A DNA stretch of 64,000 bases from Mytilus trossulus (lineage: Eukaryota). The notes below the pieces were generated by a model that saw only the letters and a list, made by a program, of their open reading frames with translations, ran no database searches and was not told where the DNA came from. Both the position numbers and the translations under genes were made by a program. Of this stretch, positions 39,221 to 51,200 are shown piece by piece; within the stretch, counting starts at the first letter, position 1, and each line of letters opens with the position of its first letter. Location of the stretch: positions 3,844,001-3,908,000 of the forward strand of contig NW_026963295.1 in the NCBI RefSeq assembly GCF_036588685.1, written 5' to 3'.

Positions 39221-39275
39221 ATGTTAACAATAACTATTATTATCATAAATTTGACCGGGATTGTAATGATATCTG
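39221..39275 (+). CDS. Signal peptide exon (MLTITIIIINLTGIVMIS)
   Basis: Hydrophobic 18 aa, G|gtaagt donor, phase matches next exon; acceptor ttctaaccatttgcag ends at 39178. Confidence 0.7.
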
Positions 39276-42200
39276 GTAAGTATGCTTTATTTTACTGATC
39301 ATTTATTTTATGTATTTTCTTTTTTGTATTATATAACTCGTAATGAAAGGAACACTTGCGAAATATTTAGTTCAATTGTTTTTTCAGTTCAGTCAATCTT
39401 ACGTAATGAACTATTTCAGTAATAAATCTTGTTCTTATAGTGATAAATAGAGAATAATGCATGGCAAAATCCGTATCATTTGTCGTATCATCCCGAGACA
39501 TCAATATCAGCCCGTGGGCCTTTAGGTATACGGATTTTGCCATGTATTATACGCTTTATCATATATTTCAACAGAAGAGTATATTATATGAACTGTTTTC
39601 TGATCCATAGCACTGGGTTACCTTCAGTTCTGCTTTTGTCTTGTTTCAAAGCCTTACAATAACTGCTCAATTATTTATACGAAGCACCTGGGTTACCTTA
39701 CAATTTTTTGTTTTGAAAATATTTTGTTTATTATTGTATTTATTTGAGTGTTTTGTATATTTTATAGTTGCATTTAGTGTGCCAAAACATATGTTGTAAA
39801 AACTTGATGTTCGTGACGTCACATACAATATAAAAACTTGACGTTCGTGACTTTACATACCAAACAATGACGTCATTCAAAAAATTGACCTATTTTTAGG
39901 AAATATTTTCTTCAGCAAAAAAAAACAAAAAAAAACTGACTTGATGTAAAAAAAAAAAAAAGGTATGCGATACGGGTTTTACAATGCGATAAGGGGTATG
40001 CGATACGGGTTTAGCTATGCGATACGGGGTATGCGATACAGGGTAGGTGATACAGATTGGAAAAACGAACCTTTATTAGTATACAAAATAGCTGTATTTT
40101 GTACTAAATATATGATAAAGATTATAACACAATGTTGAATGTGTAGCCCTACTTTTGACACCTTAACATATTATATACAAAAAAGAAGATATCGTCAATG
40201 AAATGACTCTTCACAAGATAAAAATGACACAGAACATTCAGAAATTTACAACTACAGGTCACCAAACGGCCTTCGAAATTGAGCAAAGCCCATATCGCAT
40301 AGTCAGCTATGAAAGGCCCCTAAATAAAAAATGTAAAAAAATTCAACCGAGAAAAATAACGGCCTCATATCAATAAAAAAAATGAACGAAGATATAATAT
40401 GCTACACATCTATAAAAAACAACTTCTAAATTACGGGCTCCTGACTTGGGACAGACACATACATACGAAATGTCTATTTGTTTTAATCAAACATCGTTGT
40501 CAATATAATTCAATTTGATGCCATAAGAGTGACAGGTTTAGTAATCTGTCAAATAAGGTTTAATCAACTATTTTCTATAGATGTCAGTTCCTAATAGTTA
40601 GGAATATGACAGTTGTTATCCATTTGTTTGAGGTATTTAAAATTTTGAGCTTGTTATTGATTCATGTTGATTGGGGATCTGCTATCGAATTACCAACGAC
40701 GTTCAGTTTCTTTGCAACTTCACTTTTTTTAATATGATAGATTCATTTTTTGATCGGAGACAATGTCTGTATAGTCCTGTTTATGTATCGATAGTATCTG
40801 CATTTTTTTGTTTTGATTAAATATAAGCGAACATCCTAACTTTTCTTCATATAAAATCCGTCTACTACGCCAGGAATAAGATAATTGTGATTCATTCGTG
40901 TGGGCTTGCGTTTTTGAGTTTGCCATTTGGTATGGACTTTCATGTTTGAAATATCCTCGGAGTTCAGTATTTTTTGTGATTTTACTTTCAACATTATTTT
41001 CAAAAAGTTTTACGCTTACAAATTTAAATTCAGAAATTCTCAGATTCCGTCAAATTAATGTCTTATATTTTAAAAATCTATAGCACAACACATTCGTCAT
41101 TTTGACTGAATTCAGTATGCAGATTTTCGATTTCCACCGCTCGTTCGTTAATTCTAAAACATAATTACACTCACTGCAATCTAGTTTGAAACATTCATTT
41201 GTTTCAAAGCTATGTTACATTTTATATTTTGAATTCAATAATAAGTATAATCGCTATTTTGTGCTTTTTTCCTTTGATCTGTTTTTGTGATAATTTTCAT
41301 ATTATGCTTCTCGCTTGAGATGGAAAAATCATCGCTAGAAACTAAGGAGGCCACGTGGCGTTGCTAACGAAATTGACATGAAATTGACAACGTCGTCTCA
41401 GGTAAAATAGCGATAAACATATTATCATTGGTCATCTCAACTCGATAGCTTTTCTCACTTTCGCTGAACCAGCTCAAGCGAGAAAATTAATCTCGTTGAG
41501 ATGATCAACGATAATCTATAATTTACCCTTAACATCTGATTGAATGATCTTTATTATAAAAAAAGATATATTTGATTGATATATTATATTACGATATTTT
41601 AGGGTTTCGTCCAGGCATGAAAATGCATGCAAAAGGATTTTTTGTTAACTGTATAATATGTATTTCGTTATCACATATATTTTTCTCTCTCAGAATGCCT
41701 TGTTATACAAGAAACAAAGATGACATGGGAGGACGCAAAAGTGTCATGTGAAGCTAACGGAATGGAATTAGTCACTTACAAAAGTTTAACAGAACTCATA
41801 AATATATACAGCAGGTAACATATTCATTCGACAAATTGAATAGTAACACATCTCTTCTAGAAATAAAACTGCATAATAAACCTGGATGATATGAACATTT
41901 TCCCCCGAACAAGTACACATGTTGGTTTAAGGGTCAGATAAGGCCCGCATCTATGTGCATGGATTGCACGCTGTGTTAAAGACCCATTGATGACCATCTG
42001 CTATTTTCTGCTCTTTTGTCTGATTGTTGTTTCTTTTACATACCCCATTTCCATTATCTATGGTATAATGATTAAATTTTACGTGTACGTTTAACTTTTC
42101 TTACCAAAGTTCCATGTTGTTTGTTGTCAATTTCCCCAAGTATGTACATCTTTACGATTAGGCAACTCTTCACATCCAAATAAAGATTGCTTTATGTACA

Positions 42201-45200
42201 GTCATGGTATAGTCGACTTTCACTAACACTGAAATGAAACTGTTGTATTGTGTACTTGGTCTATCTCACATAACACACACACACACACTTTCCAAAAAAC
42301 AGGGTAGTCGCTGACGAACGCAAAAGGCAAATGTATGTCGCAAAGCAATGGGCATTCATTCATTGATTTCCATTAATTATTATCGTTTATTCCTTGTTTA
42401 TAACAATATTTAAATTTATATAGACTTTTAGTTAATTTAAAGCAAGTTAAATATTACTAGTATGTTATATACATACACACATTCATGGGTCTGCAATCTT
42501 TGTTTGGATAACATTTGTAGTTTTGTCAATCTGATAAATTAAGCCATCTTTTAACTGATTTGTATAGTTTGTTCTTATGTTCTTCTGTTATACAATTGTC
42601 CCATGTTAGGAGAGGATAAGGATCCCGGTAAAATGTTTAAATTCCACCGAATTATGTATGTATATGCCTGACCGAAGTCTCCAGCCTGTAATTCAGTGCT
42701 AGTCGTTTGTTTATGTGTTACAATTTTGTTTTTCGTTCGTTTTTTTGTACATGAATAAGGCCGTTAGTTTTCTCGTATGAATTGTTTTATATTCGAGTCC
42801 TTTTAGAGCTGACTATGCGATATGATATTTGCTCATTGTTGAAGACTGTTCAGTGACCAATAGCTGTATGTAACTGTGCCATTATGGTGTCTTGTGGAGA
42901 GTTGTCTCATTGATAATCATACCACATTTTTTTTTTTTAAAACAAGAAACAATGATAAATAAAGGCAACAGTGGTATTCTGCTGTTTAACAGTCATAAGT
43001 CGATTGAGAGAAATCGAATCTGGATTACAAATAAAACCGAGGGAAAAACATCAACTTGAAGAGATAAACAAAGAATCAACAGAACACTAAAGTGCAACAA
43101 CAAAAAACGGCAATGCAACATTCATAGAAACACACTGTTAGATAACAACTGCCCTTGTCCTGACTGGGTTCATTTTAAAACTTATGTTTCGATTATTCTG
43201 TTATCAATATTTTCTTTCATTTCTTTAACTATTTATGTAATATTTCATTCTTGTAAAATTCTATTCAGAAAATGAACTAACAGTAATTTGTTTACATGTT
43301 AATTTGTTTACATGCACGTTAATACATCTACATTTAAATGTAATCAAACATTTTCTTGGAACGATCACCTAAAACAAGTTTTTATATTCATTTATTTATT
43401 AGCGAGAGATATTGGTTAGGCACTTCATGGAAACCAATACTTCAACAGTTTCAGTGGGTAGATGGAACCTTGTGGTCTATAAATGATGCCATAGTTCCTT
43501 TTAAATCGACAACCGAACCAAACTGCTTAGAAGGTTATGAATATTGTGCCTCTAATCAGAATTGCATCTATTTAGAATATTCTAAATTTGGATCACAGAG
43601 ATGTAGCAACACATATCAATCTTTATGTCAAACACGTACGTATAAAATTATGAACAACTCAATCTGTAAGTTCATATTCTCTTTTATATCTAGTAGTTCT
43701 GCGACAACCAACTGAATAATCGTTATTTCCATAACTGATTAGAGAATAAAAGGGTGCACCTGTAGCATGTGTAGATTTTTATCATGTGAAATACAGTGAT
43801 AATACTCCATTTCTTTACAAGTGAAAATCACTGAAATTGAGCATACACATGATGGTAAGTTGAACGAAATTTGTATGTGTACACATTTTATTGTACATGC
43901 GATATTTCAAAACATGTATTGAGATAACAAAGATCCATTGGTTGTCGAACGATGTTCATTAATCAAATAGAGAATGCAAATGGGGATTGTGTCAGAGAGA
44001 CAACAACCTGACCAAAGAACAGACAACATGAGAAGGTCATTAACAGGTCTTAATAAACAAAATTTCAAAATAAACGAAATGTCGATTTCAACTTGCTGAA
44101 TTGTTTAAGGAAAAAAAACCATTCAGATGACAACGATATGGTTTGAAGAAAAACACACATTCTCCATTTCCTTTCTCAACTTTAAATAGATAAACAGACT
44201 AATATAAGTACACAACATACAACAAAGAAAACTAAGTGAACCATAACTTTAACTGGGGTTGATATCATGTGCTCTGGAAGGAATAGAAAGCAGATTCTGC
44301 TCCAAATCGGGCACCCATCGTTTTTCATATAAGTGAAAGTGAAAACCTGTTAATAATTCTTACTTTCTAGGTCATATTTGTGACAAGGGGACATGATTGT
44401 TATTTAACCTTATGAGTATATTTGGATCTTGATTTAATTACAAATAAAGTACTTTACTGTCTGTCAATGTTACTAAGTGTCGTAATCATATTGATGTGCT
44501 TACTCAAATAGCAGAAAGAAAGGGTAGATTTTTAAAGATGTATCGATTACTTACTAGTCGAGTATCAGTAATTGTTAGGTACTAGTTACCGTCACCTGCT
44601 GATTTACCCATTAAAAAAATCCTGTTGATATCTTCGAACAATTATTTTTAGCTCATTTGTAGAAACACTATTTTGTTTGAATTAAATTGGGAATAACTCA
44701 ATTTTCTGTAAACAAAATACGTGAGACAAAACACATATTTTAACATGACGTCATCTCTTTATGGCAGACTTGTTTTTGAAACTTTCTGTTATAAGGCAAA
44801 GAATAATATAACCTTGTTAATTTTTTTATTTTTTTTTACATTGATTTAAATTATAACAATCTAAGGCAATACGTCTCTTCAAAGGATATCTTGAGAACCT
44901 AATATCGTTCTTTGTTTTATCAGTCTGTAGATTGGAGTGTATGATTGTTTTTACTTATCTTAGATTGTGCTTCTATTTTTTTTACGTTGATACCACCAAT
45001 GGTTGTTAGATGAAAAAAATGCATTGTAGCAGAAACTTGATTTTCTCGTTTAAATTTTCTTGATAAAAGTTTATTGGAATACGGAGTTGCTTCTACTTAA
45101 AATTCAATGTTTTTGTATCCACTGGATATCAACGAAATTAATGACCGAACAAATTTATATGAACCAATATAATTAGTTATCAAAGGTACCAGGACTATAA

Positions 45201-48200
45201 TTAAGTACGCCAGACGCGCGTTGCGTCTACATAAGACTCATCAGTGATGCTCATATCAAAATATTTATAAAGCCAAACAAGTACGAACTTGAAGAGCATT
45301 GAGGATCCAAAATTAAAAAAAAATGTGTCAAATACGGCTAAGGTAATCTATTCCTGGGATAAAAAAATCTTTATTTTTTTAAGAATTCAAAGTTTTGTAA
45401 AAAGTAAATTTATAAAGAAAAATGACCACATAATTGATATTCATGTCAACACCGTAGTGCTTACTACTGGGCTGGTGATTCCCTCGGAGATGAAACGTTA
45501 ACTAGCAGTGGCATCGATCCAGTGGTGTAAATAGTTATCAAAGTTACCAGGATTATAATTTAGTACGCCAGACGCGCGTTTTGTCAAAAAAAAAGAGGGA
45601 CGAAAGACACCAAAGGGACAGTCAAACTCGTAAATCTAAAACAAACTGACAACGCCATTGTTAAAAATGAAAAAGACAAACAAAAATACAATAGTACACA
45701 TGACACAACATAGAAAACTAAAGAATAAACAACACGAACCCCACCAAAAACTAGGGGTGATCTCAGGTGCTCCGGAAGGGTAAGCAGATCCTGCTCCACA
45801 TGGACGCGCATTTCGTCTACATAAAATTGCCGAGCAGAAAGAAAAGCTGAATGGCATTGAGTTCTTTTCAACTGATTGATATGTCTTATCCTTATATTAT
45901 ATTGTATCATCACTGTCATAAGTTATAGGTAGTGTTTGGCGTCAGCTACATATTTAAACCCAACCATATTCCATAATACATGTCTCATGTCTGAAGCTTG
46001 CTGTTTGGTGGTTTTTCCTTTTGCTGTTTGTTTTTTGTTAATTTTTTGGTACAAAAATTATGACTTTAAGATGTATAAATAAGGTCGCACGGTGACTTTG
46101 TAATTTCTATGTCATTTGGTATTTGATAGGGAATAGTCTCACTGGCATTTAATCCACATCTTTTTTCTTATATTTGTACAAGTTGATGAAGTTAAAAAAA
46201 AAAAATTTCTACTAATCATAACACAATCATTATTTAACTGGTCATAATTTAATGCAGTTACAACCTGTACCTCACCAACTTTCATCATCAACGCAGCTAC
46301 GGACACCACAGTCGTGAAGTCTCCAGGAGAGATGATTACTTATACGTGTGACTTTGGATATGAGTTATCAAATGGACAAACGAGTTGGACTAGAGAGTGT
46401 GGAGTCGATGGAAATTGGACAACGGATAGTAACGTTTGTGTTGGTGGGTTGATTTAATTAGGAAGATGATGTGACCTCGGTTGTTTTTGAAATAGTTTGA
46501 TCTTCAACTTGTTAATTTATCTATTTTGTATGTTCAGTCTTGTATATCTTTGAGTCTATAAATATAAAAAAATGACAGATACTTTAAATGCAGAAAACAT
46601 TGCGATGCTTTTTTAAATGCTTGTATTGATACTAACGGGACATTTTAATAAAACTGGCCTCCTGATACCGGATACATTTTAATTGAATTCATAAAGATTA
46701 TTATCACATACTTTTCCATTCTTAAAAGCAATTCGCTTTAATAACATCAATTAACGCACTCAATAATTTATCAATTTTCGGTACTCGATTGATATGAATA
46801 TCACACTATGTAGAACGAATTAGTTTTAAAGGGATTATATCATCGCAAAAACATTAAGACGATAATTGAATGTGTTTTGACAAAAATAAGCGTGTCATAC
46901 TTTTATTTACAACTCAAACTAGTACTTGCTTTGAGTAACATTATATACAAGTTATTTACACCCAAGCAAGACCATTGGCTTATAAGTAGATTGTCAATCA
47001 TAGCGTTGAACATGACAAGAACTCGTTTATACTAAATTCAATATCGCATTTATAATATGCAGTCCGACATCTAAATTGCTGTTTTGTATTGAAGTATTTT
47101 AAAGCATTCACCAAAACGTTGCGATTGGCTAACAATGTCCAGAACAATATGAATTAAACCAATGGCGTGACGTTATTTGTTTTGGGGGAACGGTCAATGA
47201 TATCACCCACAATTCTTTAGATCATGTAATGGCAAATTTCACTGTGAGCTGTATCGTTCTATTTTATAATACCTTGCAGAATTTTGCTATAGGTGTTTTG
47301 AAACATTCAATATTGTCGAAGCACCGAAAAATATATGGGATCCAAAATCAAATTGCCGAGCAGAAAGAATACCGGATGTCATACAGTTCTTTTTAAACAT
47401 ATATACAAAATGTATTCTTTAGGTGTATCGTAACATCACTCTTATAAGTTTTGCATAGAGTTGGTACCATCTAACGTTAAACCTAACCATATTCAATGAT
47501 GCAAGTCCCAAGTCAGGAGCCTGCAATTTTGTGCTGTTTCTTGTTCCTGTTTATCCTTTTTGTTTTTTCTTCCTTTTTTTTTTACATAAATCATGACGGT
47601 ATTATTCTTGTTTAAAATTATTAACACATTTTATCTCACAGCCTTTTATAGCTTACTATTACATACTAATGGTCAAACAATGACTTGTTTATTTCTATAG
47701 CATTTGATATCTGGTTGAATGAGTCTCACTAGAATTTATTCCAATTAAAACTAGTTATAACATAGTAATTATTTTTCTGATCATAATTTAATGCAGTTAT
47801 AACTTGTACCTCACCACCTTCGATCATCAACGCAGTAACAGACACCACTGTTGTTAAATCTCCAGGACAGATGATAACTTATACGTGTGACTTCGGTTAC
47901 GAGTTACCAGGTGGACAGACGAGTTGGACCAGAGAGTGTGGAGTCGATGGAAATTGGACAACGGATAGTTACGTTTGTGTTGGTGGGTTAATTAAAATAT
48001 GAAGAGGATGTAATATTAGACATCGGTTGATTGTGAAATGGTGTGATTTTACCTTATTAATTGATATAATGTGTATCTTCTGTCTTATATTTCTTTTAAA
48101 CTTGCAATATGAATAATGACAGATACTGTAAATGCAGATTTTTATGCTTATGTTGATACGTACTTGGGGTATTTCAATAACACTCGCCCTCTGATACCAG

Positions 48201-51200
48201 ATACATTCTTTTTGAAATCATAAATAATATTATTACATACTTGTCCATTCTTAACAACAAATAACATCAATAAATGCACTCTATAATTTCTCAATTTCTG
48301 GTTCTTGATTGGTATAAACTTGAGAATGGAAATGAGGAATGTGTCAAAGAGACAACAACCCGACCAAAAAAAAAACAACAACAGCAGAAGGTCATCAACA
48401 GGTCTTCAATGTAGCGAGAAATTCCCGCACCCGGAGGCATCCTTCAGCTGGCCCCATAACAAATATATACTAGTTCAGTGATAATGAGCACCATACTAAT
48501 TTCCAAATTGTACACAAGAAACTAAAATTAAAATAATACAAGACTGACAAAGGCCAGAGGCTCCTGACTTTGGACAGGCGCAAAAATGCGGCGGGGTTAA
48601 ACATGTTTGTGAGATCTCCCCTCCATGTAATGGCAAATGAAACTGTGAGCTGTATCGTTCTATTCTATAATACCTTATAGAATGGTTCTTTAGGTGTGTT
48701 GAAACATTCAATAATGGAGAGGCACCGAAAAAATATATGTGACCCAATATCAAATTGCAGAGCAGAAAGAATACCGGATGTCATTCAGTTCTTTTTAAAC
48801 TTATGTACAAAGTGTATTCTTAAGTTGTGCCGTAACATCACTCTTATGAGTTTGGCATAGAGTTGGTACCATCTAACGTTAAACATAATCATATTCAGTG
48901 GTGCATGTCCCAAGTCAGGAGCCTGCATTTTGTGCTGTTTCTTGGACCTGCTTATCCTTTTTGTTTTTCCTTCACTTTTTTTTTACAAAAATCATGACGG
49001 TATTATTCTTGTTTAAAATTATGAACAACATTTATTTCACGGCCTTTTATAGCTTACTATTACATGCTAATGGTCAAACGGTGACTTGTTAATTTCTATA
49101 GCATTTGATATCTTGGTGAATGAGTCTCACTAGCATTTATTCCAATTAAAACTAGTTATAACATAGTAATTATTTTCTGATCATAATGTAATGCAGTTAT
49201 AACCTGTACCTCACCACCTACGATCATCAACGCAGAAACAGACACCACGGTTGTTAAATCTCCAGGAGGGATGATAACTTATTCGTGTGACTTTGGTTAC
49301 GAGTTACCAGGTGGACAGACGAGTTGGACCAGAGAGTGTGGAGTCGATGGAAATTGGACAACGGATATTAACGTTTGTGTTGGTGGGTTGATTAAAATAT
49401 GACGCGGATGCATTATTAGACATCGGTTGATTGTTAAATGGTGTGATTTTACCTTATTCATTGATTTAGTGTGTATCTTCAGTCTTATATTTCTTTACAA
49501 CTTATAATATAAAAAATGACAGATACTGTAAATGCAGAAAACATTACGAAGCATTTTTTAATTCTTATGTTGATACGTACTTTGGGTATTTCAATAACAC
49601 TCGCCCCCTGATACCGGATACATTTTTATTGAAATCATAAATATTATTATCACATGCTTGACCATTCTTAACAGTAATTCGCTTTAATAAAATCAATAAA
49701 TGCACTCAATAATTTATCAATTTCCGGTACTCGATTGGTATGAATATCACACATTGTAGAACGAATTAGTTTTAATAAGATAATATCATTGCAAAAACTT
49801 TAACACGATAATTGCATGTTTTTTTTCACAAAAACTAGCGTGTCATACTTTTGTTTACAACTCAAACTTATACACGCTTTAAGTTAAGTTATATACAGGT
49901 TATTTACACCCAAGCAAGACCATTGGCTTATAAGTAAATTGTCGATTATAGCATTAAACATAAAAAGAAAACACAGAATCGTGTAGTATACTAATTGCAT
50001 TATCAAATGTATATTGCAGTCTGACATCTAAATTGCTGTCTTGTATTTAAGTATTTTAAAATGATCTCCAAGATTTCGTAAACAAATGACGAGATAAAGT
50101 AACATAATGATAATAACGATAATAGTATTATTGTGTAACATACTGATTGAACAATATATAATGTAAAAAATCAAACCAGTAAAATTATACTTCCGTCGAA
50201 ATATTTCGGTAACCAGAAAGTTGTTAAGTGGTGAAATTGAAAACAGACCACACGTTAACGCCGACTTATATATAAATCTTGAAACCAAATTTCAGAAATC
50301 CTTGTCAGGAAGTTTCTGAGAAAAATGCGACTGTAATATTAATATTCTGACGGGTGGATTGCCGGATGGATAGAAATAGATAAAACAGTATTCCCCTCTT
50401 TTTTGAAGCGGGGGTATAAATATGCATTAAAACAATTAATACCCAGATATTGAATTGGCTTATGAGACACATATTTACAAAACATTTTACATTAATCGTA
50501 AAATTGAGAATGCAAATAGGATATGTGTCAAAGAGACAACAACCCGATCATAGAACAGACAATAGCCAATGAAAAAAATATGATACCCCCGTCGAAACAT
50601 TTCGGTAAACAGAAAGTTGTTAAGTGATGAAATTGAAAACACATCACACGGTAAAGCTGACTTATATATAAATCCTGAAACCAAATTTTAGAAAGCATCA
50701 TGATCATTGTCTCACAGTTTCTTGGACAAATGCGACGAAAATAATCATATTCTGACGGATGAATTGACGTATGGATAGAAATAGATAATACAGTATACCC
50801 CTCCATTTTTTTTTGAAGCGGGGGTTTACAGATACATTTAAACAATTATACACAGCCATTGAGTTGTCTTGGTTTTTTGTACAATTTCAAAACGAATTAA
50901 CATGCATATTAAATGCAATTAAGTAAATTTACTCTACATTTTAGTGAAACAGTGTATAACACCACCTGCTATCAGTAACTCTAATCACAACACCATTGCT
51001 GTTATTTATCCCGGGGAAAAGATAACATACACCTGTGACACCGGCTTTTACACGTCAAATGGACAAACAGTTTGGATGCGATTTTGTGAATGGGGAGGAA
51101 CATGGGCATTGGATACTAATAGTTGTTCAGGTAATAGCTGGCAAGCTTTTTGTTTTTGAAATGATGACAATCATTCGCCGTTCTAAGATTCATATGAATT

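Larger units (their letters stand above)
45824..50060 (+). repeat. Three ~1.3-1.5 kb tandem duplication units, each with one CCP exon plus flanking intron
   Basis: Shared intron anchor aaattgc(c/a)gagcagaaagaa at ~45824, 47351 and 48752; introns align between units. Confidence 0.9.

Noticed and set aside
43693-43854. Possible extra exon after the lectin domain (ends in a gtaagt donor; Cys-containing reading GCTCSMCR)
   Set aside because: Stops in every frame compatible with the flanking exons.
45584-45919. 111-aa ORF (EQDLLTLPEHLRSP...) and similar ORFs at 12586, 17563, 29927, 35659, 48496 and 62583
   Set aside because: Chance translations of high-copy repeats.
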